Part shown: positions 24,569 through 36,000 of the stretch, in pieces
Numbering within the stretch: the first letter of the stretch is position 1
Layout: every line of letters starts with the position of its first letter
Assembly: GCA_038087875.1 (NCBI GenBank)
Contig: CM075988.1
Span: 3,968,001 to 4,032,000, forward strand
Reading direction: 5' to 3'
Origin: Malacoraja senta
Taxonomy: Eukaryota
DNA length: 64,000 nt
Notes under the pieces: generated by a model
Databases searched by the model: none
What the model was told of the DNA's origin: nothing
What the model saw: the letters and a program-made list of their open reading frames with translations, nothing else
Position numbers and translations under genes: made by a program

Positions 24569-24976
24569 TGAGCCTGTCCCACAGGCTATTTTTAGACGAC
24601 TGCCGGCGATTGTCATAGTCGTAGCAGGTCGCCGAAAAAAAGCCGACTGGACCCCCTTCGACATAAAATTTGAAATAGAATCTTTTTTTAACTTTAACAA
24701 CAAAAAAAACAGAAGTCAGGACCGGGGACAACCTACATTAACCTGGCGACAACTACGACAGTACCTACGTCAGGAGAAGTCAAGCTACGCTCACTGGCAT
24801 CATATCCACTGTCACCGACTGTCTCCGAAAATCCAGCAGCGACCAGAAAGACGCTACCACTCTTTGGGCAACTGAGGAGACTACTCACGACCATACAGGC
24901 GACACCCCGGCAACCATGTGGTGACAGCCTAGTCGCCAGCAGTCGCCTAAAAAATCGCCTAAGTGGGACAGGCCCA
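24569..24976. mobile_element. PIF/Harbinger-type MITE
   Basis: TIR TGAGCCTGTCCCAC / GTGGGACAGGCCCA, TAA TSD, inserted in pLTR CTGGAG-TAA-CTCAG. Confidence 0.88.
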
Positions 24977-26472
24977 TAACTCAGAGGGACAGGCAGCATC
25001 TCTGGGTAGAAGGAATGGGTGACTTTTCGGGTCGAGACCCTTCTTCAGACTGAGAGTCAGGGGAGAGGGAGGCACAATATGGAACGGAGCCCATGCAGGT
25101 CATGCGAAGAACGTACAAACTCCGTACAGGCGTGCACCCATAGTCAGGATCGAACCCGGGTCCCTGACGCTGTGAGGCAGCAATTCTACCGCTGCGACAC
25201 CGTACCACAGGGTGAGGCATGAGGGCATGAGAGGGGAGTCGGGTAGTTTGCAAGGTGATGCTCTCCTTCCGCTGCTTACACGATGCCTCCATGTGCATCC
25301 AAAGGATGGACTCAGAGTCCTCAGTCCCATCCCCAATACTCCTCCAGCTTGAGAATAGAGTCCTTCAACATGGAAACAAGCCCTTCACCCCAACTCATCC
25401 ATCCTAACTAAGCTAACCATCTAAGCTGGTTCCATTTGCCCACTTTTCACCAGTATCCCTCTAAACCTTTCGATTGACGATCCACAGACCTGTCTTCATC
25501 AAAAGGATGGCTGTGGAGAGAGTCAAAGACTGACTCACTCCACAAGTGTGTAGGATAGTGTTAATGGATCGCAGGTTGGAGTAGACTCGGTGAGAGAAGG
25601 CCCTCTTTCCGCGCTGTATCTCTAAACTAAAGTGAAAACTAAACTAAGCATGTGTCTGCTCAATAGGTCCCCAGTGCAAGTGTCCCCATGGTGAGTGTCC
25701 CCACGGTCCGCATCCCTACCATATGACCCCATAATAAGTGCCTCCACTGTAAATGCCTCGTAAATGGGCTCGCAGCCAGTGTCCCCATAATTAGTGTCCC
25801 CACAGTAAGAGTCCTCACAACAAGTACTTCCACTGCTAAAGCCTTGATCGCAAACAGCTCCATGTCATGCTGTCGAGAGTTCTTCCAAATGCAGATCCTG
25901 GTCAGAGCAACCACAAAATCAATCATTCATTTCAACAACTACATGTATATTCCACAGTTGACGTGGGATTTGAAACTGTCCTCAAATTATCACTCCTGCC
26001 CTCTGATTATTGGTCCTGTAACAAGACTCTGCTTCACAATCAACGCTGCGCAGCTCTCCATGGCCCTTCCATGGAGTAAATACACTGTACACTGTAAATG
26101 GCTCGATTGTAATCATGTATTGTCTTTCTGCTGACTGGTTAGCATGCAACAAAAGCTTTACAGGTGACAATAAACTGAACTGAAACTCTCCTTGAACTTT
26201 TGTAAACCTGCAACATATCTCCCCATGACGCTCCTTAGATAATAAGCTGCTTAAATAATACATTGTGAGCTGTAATAAATCTTATTTATTTGTTCCTGTG
26301 TGATATTCCAGATTGAGCCGCGAAAAATGGTCAGGCGGTTGATGTACAGGAGGTAACCTCGGATTTGAGGTGGACACAAAGTGCCGGAATAACTCAATAA
26401 CAGTTGGGAAGAAACTGTCCCGGAATCTGGAGCTGTGCGTTTTCTCACTTCTGGACCTCCTGCCTGATTGGG

Positions 26473-26561
26473 GAGGAGAGGAGAGGAGAGGAGAGGAGAG
26501 GAGAGGAGAGGAGAGGAGAGGAGAGGAGAGGAGAGGAGAGGAGAGGAGAGGAGAGGAGAGG
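26473..26561. repeat. (GAGAG)n microsatellite
   Basis: Visible. Confidence 0.98.
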
Positions 26562-26733
26562 CAGCTTTAAGGTGCAGTCCTGCTTCATAAGAGTCAGGTA
26601 GAGAGAGGTGTCAGTGGCGTTCTGAGGGGGGGCTTGGTCTTTCCCACTGAGTCTCTGCATCACGTGCCAACAATGCTCCTATTGCCGTAGTTTCAAGAGT
26701 CAATGAATGATAAAAGTCAATTATCAGTTGGAC

Positions 26734-26883
26734 GATAACCAGACCATCTATCTCATGCAAACCAATGTCTTTCACCGCAACCAGATAACCAGACCATCTA
26801 TCTCATGCAAGCCAATGTCTTTCACCGCAACCAGACAACCAGACCATCTATCTCATGCAAGCCATTGTCTTTCACCGCAACCA
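26734..26883. repeat. 50-bp tandem repeat x3
   Basis: GATAACCAGACCATCTATCTCATGCAARCCAATGTCTTTCACCGCAACCA with period 50. Confidence 0.95.
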
Positions 26884-26926
26884 AAACAAGGTATATAGGA
26901 AATATAGACACAAAGTACTGGAGTAA

Positions 26927-27439
26927 AGGGCCTGTCCCACGGGCAGGCAATTCCAGGCGGCAAGCGCGACGTAGCAGGAAGCGGAGGCCGCGCGGGGGCC
27001 ACGGGGTCGGTCCCACGTAGATCGCCGGAGCCGTATGTAGTTGGTCCCAACACCGCGCGGGGCTTAGAAAAACTGACACTGTCCAAAAATCCCGTGCGAC
27101 AACGGCCTACCGCCCCGCTGCCACCTCGACGCCGTGCGCACCGCCTCAACGCCGCGCGCACCGCCTGGACGCCGCGCACCGTCTCGACGGAGTAGGCTAG
27201 CGCGTTGCGTTATGACGTCATCACCCGACGCCGCGCTCGCCGCATGCATTCGCACGCTTGTGGGACAGGCCGTTCGGTAATCACTCGGCCTCCGTGCACC
27301 AACCGCTTCCGGTTAGGTTGCACTTGCCGCATGCATTCGCATGCTCGTCGGACAGGCCGTACGGTGGCACCCGCGCGGCCCCCGCTTCCGGGGAAGTCGC
27401 GCTTGCCGCCTGGAATCGCCTGCCCGTGGGACAGGCCCT
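26927..27439. mobile_element. PIF/Harbinger-type MITE, very CpG-rich
   Basis: TIR AGGGCCTGTCCCACGGGCAGGC... extended ~80 bp, TAA TSD, inserted in pLTR CTGGAG-TAA-CTCAG. Confidence 0.9.
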
Positions 27440-27669
27440 TAACTCAGCAAGTCAGGCAGCATCTCTGGAGGAAGTGGATTGGTGATGTTTCAGGTTGGGA
27501 CCTTCCATCAGATTTCTTCAGGATCAAAAGTTACTCCAGCACTTTTTGTCTATCTTTGGTGTAGATCAGCATCAGCAGTTCTTTGCTTCCACGTTTTCTC
27601 CAACCTCAGGCAGTTTGTGATCTGGATTGTACAGTGTGTGGATTAGCGGGGAGGATAACACTGTACCCT

Positions 27670-27940
27670 GGCCAAGGCTGCAAGAAAAGACAGAGAATTG
27701 TGGACGCAGCCCAGACCGTCACACAAACCAACCTCCCTTCCATTGACTCCATTTACACCTCACTCCGCCTCGGCAAGGCCAGCAGCATAATCAAGGACGA
27801 GTCGCACCCTTGCCACTCCCTCTTCTCCCCTCTCCCATCGGGGAAGAGGTACAGAAGTGTGAAAACGCACACCTCCAGATTCAGGGACAGTTTCTTCCCA
27901 GCTGTTATCAGGCAACTGAACCATCCTCCCACAACCACTA
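27670..27940 (+). mobile_element. Rex1/Babar LINE ORF C-terminal fragment
   Basis: QRIVDAAQTVTQTNLPSIDSIY...KASSIIKDESHPCHSLFSPLPSGKRYRS..TSRFRDSFFPAVIRQLN. Confidence 0.88.
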
Positions 27941-28754
27941 AAAAGCAGGCCATCATGTGTAATTAACTCCACGCTTGCGGTAGTTACAACATTCAGCTGA
28001 TTTGCTGCCTTACCCGAGGATACAACAGCGAAATCACTTCAAAATACATCATTATTGTTAAAGAGCTTTGGGGTTTTCTGAGGATGAGACACTTCAGAAA
28101 TCCAAGCTCTTTTAACTTAGTCCATATTAGAGCGAATCAGACGAGATTGCCACAAGTCACCTGCAAGGCCCTGGTCTCAGCTGCCAGGACATCCATGATG
28201 GTTGCTTCCAATTAAAACAAAAGAAGCAATAAGACACACTTAAGCACAAGTATGCCTCGAACCAAACCAAACCCTGTGAAAACAAACTCCTTCGCAGGCT
28301 GAACCACTCTGCTTGAGAATATGAGGGTTACACATGGCTAGAGCTGACAAGGTCAGTGTTGTTGGCAGCAGTGGAGAGCTGGTAGCCGCAGACGAGAGTC
28401 AAAGAACATCCGTTTCCAGACTGTGGTGCCCATCAGAGGCTGCCGTGGTTGACAGAGTTGCTAAAGGCACTCCACTAATCCAAAACTTGAAACAATTCCA
28501 ATTACTGCAAAGAAAGTTCTTCTTGTAACCGCGGGCTCCACCTTGTTGCTACCCAGATCAGGAACCTGCCTGGCAACTGCCGCCTCTCAGCCCCCTCTCA
28601 CCGCTGGGCTGCACGGAAAATAATGCGATTGCTTTGCCGATCGCTACCAACCAGCAGTGAGAGGAGCAAGCCATACATCTGACCAGTGGCTGGAAGGGGC
28701 TGCCCTTCTGAACTGTGACAACTCTCCTTTGAGCAGGCAAGGCTGACAAATCCG

Positions 28755-29215
28755 CCTCGGCCTACGCGCGATCCCCCGGTTGCCAAACACTTTAACTCGC
28801 CCTCCCATTCCCACACTGACCTTTCTGTCCTGGGCCTCCTCCACAGTCAGACCTAGATTGGAGGACCGGCGTCATATTTCCCTTGGGCAGCTTACACCCC
28901 AGCGGTATGAATATTGACTTCTCTAACTTCAAGTAAGCCTTGCACCCCCTCTCTCCATCCCACCCCCACACAAGTAGTCCTACTCATTTCACTGTCCTCC
29001 TGTTTAGTTCTTCTGTCTGTAATCCTCGTTCTCACGTATCCAACACCCAGCAATCACCTCCATTTCAATGATTATCGGTGCTTTTTGCATCTCTTCCCTT
29101 CATTTCTCCTAAATACCATCTACATCCCTCGTTCCCTCTCCCCTGAATCTGAAGAAGGGTCTGGATCTGAAACGCCACCTAGTCCTCTCTCCAGAGATGC
29201 TGCCTGACCTGCTGA
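28755..29215 (+). mobile_element. Penelope-like element 3' fragment (GIY-YIG end plus pLTR)
   Basis: PVAKHFNSPSHSHTDLSVLGLLH...LGSLHPSGMNIDFSNFK, then a degenerate CTGAAGAAGGG...GAAAC. Confidence 0.85.
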
Positions 29216-29517
29216 GTTTAGTTTAGTTTAGTTTAGAGATGCAGCGCGGAAACAGCCCCTTCGGCCCGAGTCTGCACCAACCAGCGATCTCAACACATTA
29301 ATGCTATCCTACACACACTAGGGACAATTTTACACTTGTACCAATCCAATTAACCTACATACCTGTACGTCTTTGGAGTGTGGGAGGAAACCCACGCGGG
29401 TCACGGGGAGAATGTACAAACTCCGTACAGACAGCACCCGTAGTCGGGATCGAACCCGGGCTCTGGCGCTGTAAGCGCTGTAAGGCAGCAACTCTACCAC
29501 TGCGCCACCGTGCCGCC
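29216..29517 (-). mobile_element. HE1 SINE (head-duplication subfamily)
   Basis: Head contains TTACAGCGCTTACAGCGCC. Confidence 0.9.
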
Positions 29518-29546
29518 CTAGTCGTCGTAGTTACTGCGACATCTCT

Positions 29547-29789
29547 AGGGCCTGTCCCACTTAGGCGACTCTTTAGATGACTGCCAGGGACTAGTTTGAA
29601 TGGAATTCACCTACGACACCTGGCGACAACCTACGACAGCCCCTATGACAGCCCCTTACGACAGCCCCTACGACAACCAATGACAGCAAAAATTGTCGCC
29701 ACTGTCGCCGACAAATTTTCAACATGTTGAAAATTTTGCGGCAGTCGCCTGTAGTCGCCAAAAAAAATCGCCTAAGTGGGACAGGCCCT
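29547..29789. mobile_element. PIF/Harbinger-type MITE
   Basis: TIR AGGGCCTGTCCCACTTAGGCGA / TCGCCTAAGTGGGACAGGCCCT; TTA on the right, left TSD not preserved. Confidence 0.82.
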
Positions 29790-29937
29790 TTAGTTACTCC
29801 AGCTTTTCGTGTCTGACTCCGAGAATTCCTCATCTGGCTGCAGGAAGGCAACGCACCTCTCCTGAGCAAGGGGGAGCAACAATAGCATTGAAAAAATAAA
29901 GTGCTGTGGGAAACCGCAGAATCAGCACTAAGCTGCA

Positions 29938-30390
29938 CGCGTAGGCCCCCACTCGGTCGTGACTGACCATGGGTGATGCATCCTAGTTTGCAGGTGATGT
30001 GTGGTAGGATTCAAGCCTGGGCGATGTCATATGGAGGACAGGCTGTTGCCCATGCAGTACGTCCCCCCTTTGCACCTCGCTGATCGATCCAAAGGAACAG
30101 CAGGGCCGTTACAGTTTGGCACCAGCGCTGTCGCAGGAGCTGCCAGAGCGAGGTTGTAGACAACGACGAACTGCCTTAGGGGCTCCGACTCCGGATTTTC
30201 TTGAGGTTTACTCCTGGAGCCTTTTCCATGACTGGATATGGCCACAAGGCAGTGGAGGTTTTAAATCAGAGTTTTCCCTCGCCTAGATGGACTGCCTTCC
30301 CAGGCTGACGAGCCCCATCTGCCCGAGACTCGTGGGGGCGGGAGCGTCTACCTTCACATGCAGGTCTATAGGACCTGCCCACCTCACCAC
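29938..30390 (-). mobile_element. Non-autonomous RTE-derived element (5' UTR joined to 3' end)
   Basis: Reverse strand has GCTCGTCAGCCTGGGAAGGCAGTCCATCTAGGCGAGGGAAAACTCTG (RTE 5'-UTR-like) and ends CCATGGTCAGTCACGACCGAG..GGCC (RTE 3'-like); no ORF. Confidence 0.55.
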
Positions 30391-30444
30391 AGCACAGGCA
30401 AATCAAAGCCGATAATTGAAAATTCAACTGTTCATTGCTAGAGA

Positions 30445-31131
30445 CATTCCCCCCCACAGTAATGGGTCAAGGGGGCCCCTGGTGGGGGCACCTCTACGCA
30501 GGGATTCTGCCCCCCTACATTGGGGACCTGGGGTGGAGGGTATTGCACCAAGGAGTTCCCTGCAACCTGTTTCTCTCGCGGTTCACAGACTCGCCAGCCG
30601 CCTGCCACTGTTGCGGGCTGGAAGAGTCTGTGTACCACGTGTACATGGAGTGCGTGAGGCTGCAGCCCCTGTTTGAATACGTAAAGGGGCTGCTCCTTGC
30701 CTTCTGGCTGCATTTTTCACCCACCATCCTCATCTTTGGACACCCTGTGCGTAGGGGAGAGGGTAGGGCTGAAGATGTCCTGGTTGGGTTGCTCCTGGGC
30801 CTGGCCAAGCTGGCCATCCGCGAGTCAAGGCGCCAGGCGGTGGAGGGCTTTACCCGAGCCGGCCGCCTGCCCCTTTTACTGGGTTACGTCTGTGCCCGGG
30901 TGCAGTTAGAAAGGGAATACACCTTGTCCACCGGCACCCTGGGGGAGTTCCGGGACCGCTGGGCTCCGCAGGGTGTTGAATGTATCCTCAATAAGGATTG
31001 TATCATAGTTGTATTGTAGTTTATTATGGATATATGTTTGTATTTTATTATGATGGTGGCTTCTGGCTTGTTTTATTGTAGTGTATTTATTATTGTTTAA
31101 TAATTAAATACATTTTTTGATTTAAAAAAAA
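30445..31131 (+). mobile_element. Tx1-clade (L1 superfamily) LINE 3' fragment with zinc-knuckle
   Basis: ORF 30435-31019: GDLGWRVLH...CHCCGLEESVYHVYMEC...AKLAI; T-rich UTR and poly(A). Confidence 0.88.
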
Positions 31132-31964
31132 CAGTGATGGGTCAATGAACTGAAATATTTGGCTACTGGCAGGGCAGGGAGGAAGGAAGTGGAGGAGGAG
31201 AAGTCCAAAGATGCTGGGTACTCGAAGGATCGCCAGGAGGAATGAAGTCCGCAGGTTCTTTGGCGATGAGGTGCCACTGCTCACGAGGATGCAGAAGGCA
31301 AGAGCTTCATCTGGGCTGTTTACCTTCTCCTCTCGACAGCTGCAGGATGGATGAATGGGAGTGCAGCTTAATGAGGCATCCGCTTGCCCGGGCATCGCCC
31401 ATCTGCTGCCCATCTCCTTGCCATCGTCCGTCAGCCTGTGCTGGCTGTGGGCGAACAAGAATAGAGACAGAAGCCCCGGCTGCCAGCTCCAGCCACAGTG
31501 GCAGCGCAGGGCCAGGCATGGCATCAACATCAGGCTCTCCAGCAGTACAGCCGGGCATGCTTCTGAACCTTCCTGGAACCTCTCTTCCCCACCCCCTCTG
31601 CCCCTCCCCCTCCCCCCCTCTCCCTTCACCACCCCCACCCTAGACGTCCTACTCATTCCACTATTCGCACCCACCCTGTATCTCTCTGTTATTAGACCCG
31701 TTTGAAAAAAGGTCTCAACCCGAAACGTCACCGCAGAGATGCTGCCTGGCCCGCTGAGTTACTCCAGCACTTTGTGTCTACCTTCCCAGAGCAAGGCTGA
31801 ACCATGCATGTGAGACTACAGCAACAAGGAACTGCAGATGCAGGTTTACACACAAGGACTCTGTGGGTCAGGCAGTATATCTCTGGAAAAAATGGATAGG
31901 TGACGTTTCGGGTCAGGATCCTTCTTCAGACTTCTTTGGAAATATAGATTTGGTTCCCGTATCA

Positions 31965-32430
31965 GAGAAAGGACGTGCTGGCATTGGAGAGGCTCCAGAG
32001 GAGGTTTTTGAGATTAGTCCCGTGGATGAGTGGGTTGTGAATGACGAGTGTTTGACAGCACTGGGCCTGTACTCGCTGGTGTCCAGAAGGCTGAGTGGGG
32101 ACCCCTTTGAAACTTACTGAATAGTGAAAGGCCTGGTTAGAGTGGATGTGGTGAGGAAGATTCCCCTTGTGGGAGAGACTAAGGCCAGAGGGCACAGCCT
32201 CAGAATAAAAGGATGAACCGTTAGAAAAGAGATGAGGAGGAATTTATTTAGTCAGAGGGTGGTGAATCTGTGGAATTCATTGCCACTGACAGCTGTGGAA
32301 GCCAAGTCAATGGATATTTTTAAGGCAGAGATTGACAGATTCTTGATTAGTACGGGTGTCAAGCGGAGAAGGCAGGAGAATGGGGCTAGGAGGGAGAGAT
32401 AGATCAGAAAATGATTGAAGAGCGAAGTAG
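31965..32430 (+). mobile_element. CR1 LINE 3' fragment
   Basis: ALERLQRR...LGLYSL...FSQRVVNLWNSLP. Confidence 0.85.
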
Positions 32431-33005
32431 CTCGTATGACTTAGGAACATATGAAACGTCGCCGAACCATATCCTCCAGAGATGCTGCCTTGCCCGCTGA
32501 GTTAGTCCACCATTTTGTGTGCACAAGAGACTGCAGATGCTGCAATCTTCAGCAAACACTAAACAAAGCGCTGGAGGAACTCAACGGGTCAGGCAGCATC
32601 TGAGGAGGCGAATGGTCGGGACTCTTCTTCACCTCTCCCACCTGTATCCACCTATCACTTGCAAGGCTTGGCTGCACCCCTCCTCTTTTCCCACTATATT
32701 GCCATCAGTCTGAAGAAGGGTCCTGACCTGACACGTCACCTGTCCAATTCCCTCCACAGATGCTGCCTGACCCACTGAATTCCCCCAGCACCTTGTTTTT
32801 TGTAGTAATACAAATAGAAATACTGCGTAGGAACAATGCAAAAGGAGGCCTTTCGGCCCATCAAGCCCAATCTCACATCCATCTTAGTTTATTATCGTCA
32901 AGTGTACAGATGTTCAGTGAAAAGCTTTGTTTTGCAACCATCCGAACAGATCAGATAAAACTATACCTAAAACAATCTAGTCAATCTCAGGGCCTTGACA
33001 GATAA

Positions 33006-33299
33006 GGGCGGCACGGTGGTGCAGTTGCGGTCTCACAGCACCTGAGACCTGGGTTCGATCCTGACTACGGGTGCTGTCTGTACGAAGTTTGTACGTTCTT
33101 CCCGTGACCTGCGTGGGCTTTCTATGGGATCTCCGGTTTCCTCCCACACTCCAAAGACGTACAGGTTTGTAGGTTAGTTGGCTTGGTATAAATGTAAATA
33201 GTCCCGAGTGTGTGTAGGGTAGTGTTAATGCATAGGGATCGATGGTCGGTGCGGACTCGGTGGGCTGAAGGGCCTGTTTCCGCTCTGTATCTCAAAACT
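33006..33299 (+). mobile_element. HE1 SINE, full length
   Basis: A/B boxes, core, tail. Confidence 0.9.
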
Positions 33300-33651
33300 C
33301 AGGAAGGAAGCAGAAACACAGCTAGGTGATCAGATTTTCCAAGATGTGGTCGAGGAACAGAGCGGTAGGCGATTTGTATTGATGTGTAGCTGTGATCGAG
33401 GGTGTTCTGTCCCCTGGTGGGACAAGAGAGGTGCTGGTAGTACTTTGGTTGTGCACCCCTGAGGTTGGCTCGATTGAAGTCTCCGGCTACAAGGACCAGG
33501 GCTTCAGGGCGTTTTGTCTCGAGGCTGTTGATGGTGGAGTCGTGGAGTCGCCCACAGCTAACACTGGCCTGTTTCCTTTATCATCATTACGCTTTTGCAC
33601 ATCTTTCATTCATTTGTTCTATATCTCTCTACATCACCATCTATCTCTCTA

Positions 33652-33864
33652 GTTTAAGAAGGAACTGCAGATGCGAGAAAATCTAAGGTAGACAAAAATG
33701 CTGGAGAAACTCAGCGGGTGAGGCAGCATCTATGGAGCGAAGGAAATAGGCACCGTTTTGGGTCGAAACCCTTCTTCAGTCTGAAGAAGGCTCTCGACCC
33801 AAAACGACGCCTATTTCCTTCGCTCCATAGATGCTGCCTCACCCGCTGAGTTTCTCCAGCATTT
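33652..33864. mobile_element. Fold-back Penelope pLTR unit
   Basis: 84-bp inverted arms 33696-33864 centred on CTTCTTCAG-T-CTGAAGAAG. Confidence 0.88.
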
Positions 33865-34328
33865 AGTATCTATACCCAGCGGTAGAGCTGCTGCCCCACA
33901 GTGCCAGGGACCCAGTTTTGATCTTGACTAGGGGTGTTGTTTGCGCAGAGTCTGTACGTTCTCCCTGTGACCGCGTGGGTTTCCTCCAGGTCCTCCCATT
34001 TCCTCCCACATTCGGAAAATGTGCTCGCAGGTTAATTGGCCTCTGTAAATTGTCCCCATGAGAAAGTGGGATAACATGCAAAGTGGGATAACATTTTGAT
34101 CGATGGTCAGTGCAGAGATGCTGCCTGGCCCGCCGAGTTACTCCAGCACTTTGTATCTATCTTTGGTATAAACCAGCATCTGCAGTTCCTTATTTCTATG
34201 TAACCCTCATGCTAGGAGAGGCCACAAAGCAGCAAGTTGTGAATGTGAACACGACAGAAGATTAGAACTCTGCTTCCAATGTAACATCAACTCAACAGAA
34301 CATTTCCCTCATAAAGAATCAACAAGAA

Positions 34329-34992
34329 TGGCACGGTGGCACAGCGGTAGAGTTGCTGCCTTACAGCACTTGCGACGCCAGTGACCCGGGTTCGATGCTG
34401 ACTACGGGTGCTGTCTGTATGGAATACGTACGTTCTCCCCATGACCGCGTGGGTTTTCTCTGAGATCTTCAGTTTCCTCCCACACTCCAAAGTCGTACAG
34501 GTTTGTAGATTAATTGGCTTAGTATAATGGGCCTGTCCCACTTACTCGACTTTTTCGGTGACTGCTGGCACCCGTCATTGGCCGTTGCAGGTCGCCGAAA
34601 ATGTTCAACATGTTGAAAATCCAGCGGCAACCAGAACAAGCGGCGACTCTTTGGCGACTACTCACTCACGACCATACAGGCTTCACCCCGCGACATGTCG
34701 CCTGTACGGTCGTGAGTAGTCTCCTTAGTCTCCTCAGTCGCCCAAAGAGTCGTAGCGTCTTTCTAGTCGCCGTTAGATTTTCAACATGTTGAACATTTTC
34801 GTGGACCTGCAACGACCTATGACGGGTGCCGGCAGTCACCGAAAAAGTCGCGTAAGTGGGACAGGCCAATAAGTGTAAATTGTCCCTAGTGTGTGTAGGA
34901 TAGTGCTGGTGAACAGGGATTGCAGGTCGGTGCAGACTCAGTGGGCCGAAGGCCCTTTTCCGCGTTGTATCTCTAAACTAAACTAAACTAAA
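34329..34992 (+). mobile_element. HE1 SINE interrupted by a Harbinger MITE
   Basis: SINE sequence is continuous across the insertion at TAA 34525. Confidence 0.9.
34528..34869. mobile_element. PIF/Harbinger-type fold-back MITE
   Basis: TIR TGGGCCTGTCCCAC, TAA TSD, nearly the whole element is self-complementary. Confidence 0.9.
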
Positions 34993-35084
34993 AGCAAATC
35001 CCCACAATTTCAGGTTTCACTGGATTTACTTTCTGTAGCGTCTGTGTAGTATGAGACTACTGGAGTTGGTCCAAATCACTGTAG

Positions 35085-35400
35085 GGTTGGCACAGTGGCG
35101 CAGCAGGGAGAGCTGCTACCTCACAGCGCCAGAGATCCAGGTCCTGAACTCAGGTGCTGTCTGTGTGGAGTTTGCTCGTTCTCCAGGTGACCACGTGGGT
35201 TTCCTCGGGCACTCCGGTTTCCTCCTACATCTCATTGACGTGCAGGTTTGTAGGTTAATTAGCACTCTGTGAGTTGACCCTAGCGTGTAGGGAGTGGATG
35301 AGAAAGTGGGGTAAGAGTGTGAAAGGGTGAGCGATGGTTAGCGTGGACTCTGGAAGCTGAAATATCTATGATGTATCTTTCAACTCAATCAATGAATCAA
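35085..35400 (+). mobile_element. HE1-like SINE (older subfamily)
   Basis: TGGCGCAGCAGG head, core GGTTTCCTCC. Confidence 0.75.
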
Positions 35401-35544
35401 TATCAATCAACACTGGATTGGACCATTCCATTATGGGGAAAGTTATCTACAACAAGCTGTTCAGTCACCCCCTGTGTGTAAGGAGATATTCAGCAGACAT
35501 TTTAAAGGATTTAGAATACCATAGATTCTGTGGAATAGCATGCG

Positions 35545-36000
35545 GTCTGAGTGAGACCAAATGCAAATTGGAGGAACAGCACCTCATGTTTCGTTTGAGC
35601 AGCTTACGACCCAGTGACATGACTTTTGATTTCTCTAACTTCAAGTAACCAAAGCATCCCCCCTCTCTCCATCCCTCCCCCGCCCAAGTCGAACGAGCTT
35701 CAAAGTCGTCTTGTTGAGTCTCATTGTCTATAATTCGTTTTCACCTCGCCCACAGCTAACAATAGCCTGTTTCCTTTATCATCGTTTATTGCATAACTTT
35801 CATTCATTTGTTCTATACCTCTCCATATCAAGGTCTATATCTTTCATTTCCCTTTTCTCTGACTCTCAGTCTGAAGAAGGGTCTCGATCCGAAACATCAC
35901 CTATACCTTTTCTCCAGAGACGTTGCCTGTCCCTCTGAGTAACTCCAGCTTTTGGTGTCTATCTTCAGTGTAAACCAGATTCTGCAGTTCCTTCCTGCAC
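35545..36000 (+). mobile_element. Penelope-like element 3' fragment
   Basis: SETKCKLEEQHLMFRLSSLRPSDMTFDFSNFK, then pLTR with CTGAAGAAGGGTCTCGATCCGAAAC. Confidence 0.85.

Noticed and set aside
26734..26883. 50-bp (and 45-, 28-, 17-bp) repeats as CRISPR arrays
   Set aside because: Head-to-tail with no unique spacers, no cas genes, eukaryotic context
31090..31731. 213-aa reverse ORF as a host exon
   Set aside because: Begins in a pLTR and ends in the Tx1 tail; no recognisable domain or clear splice signals
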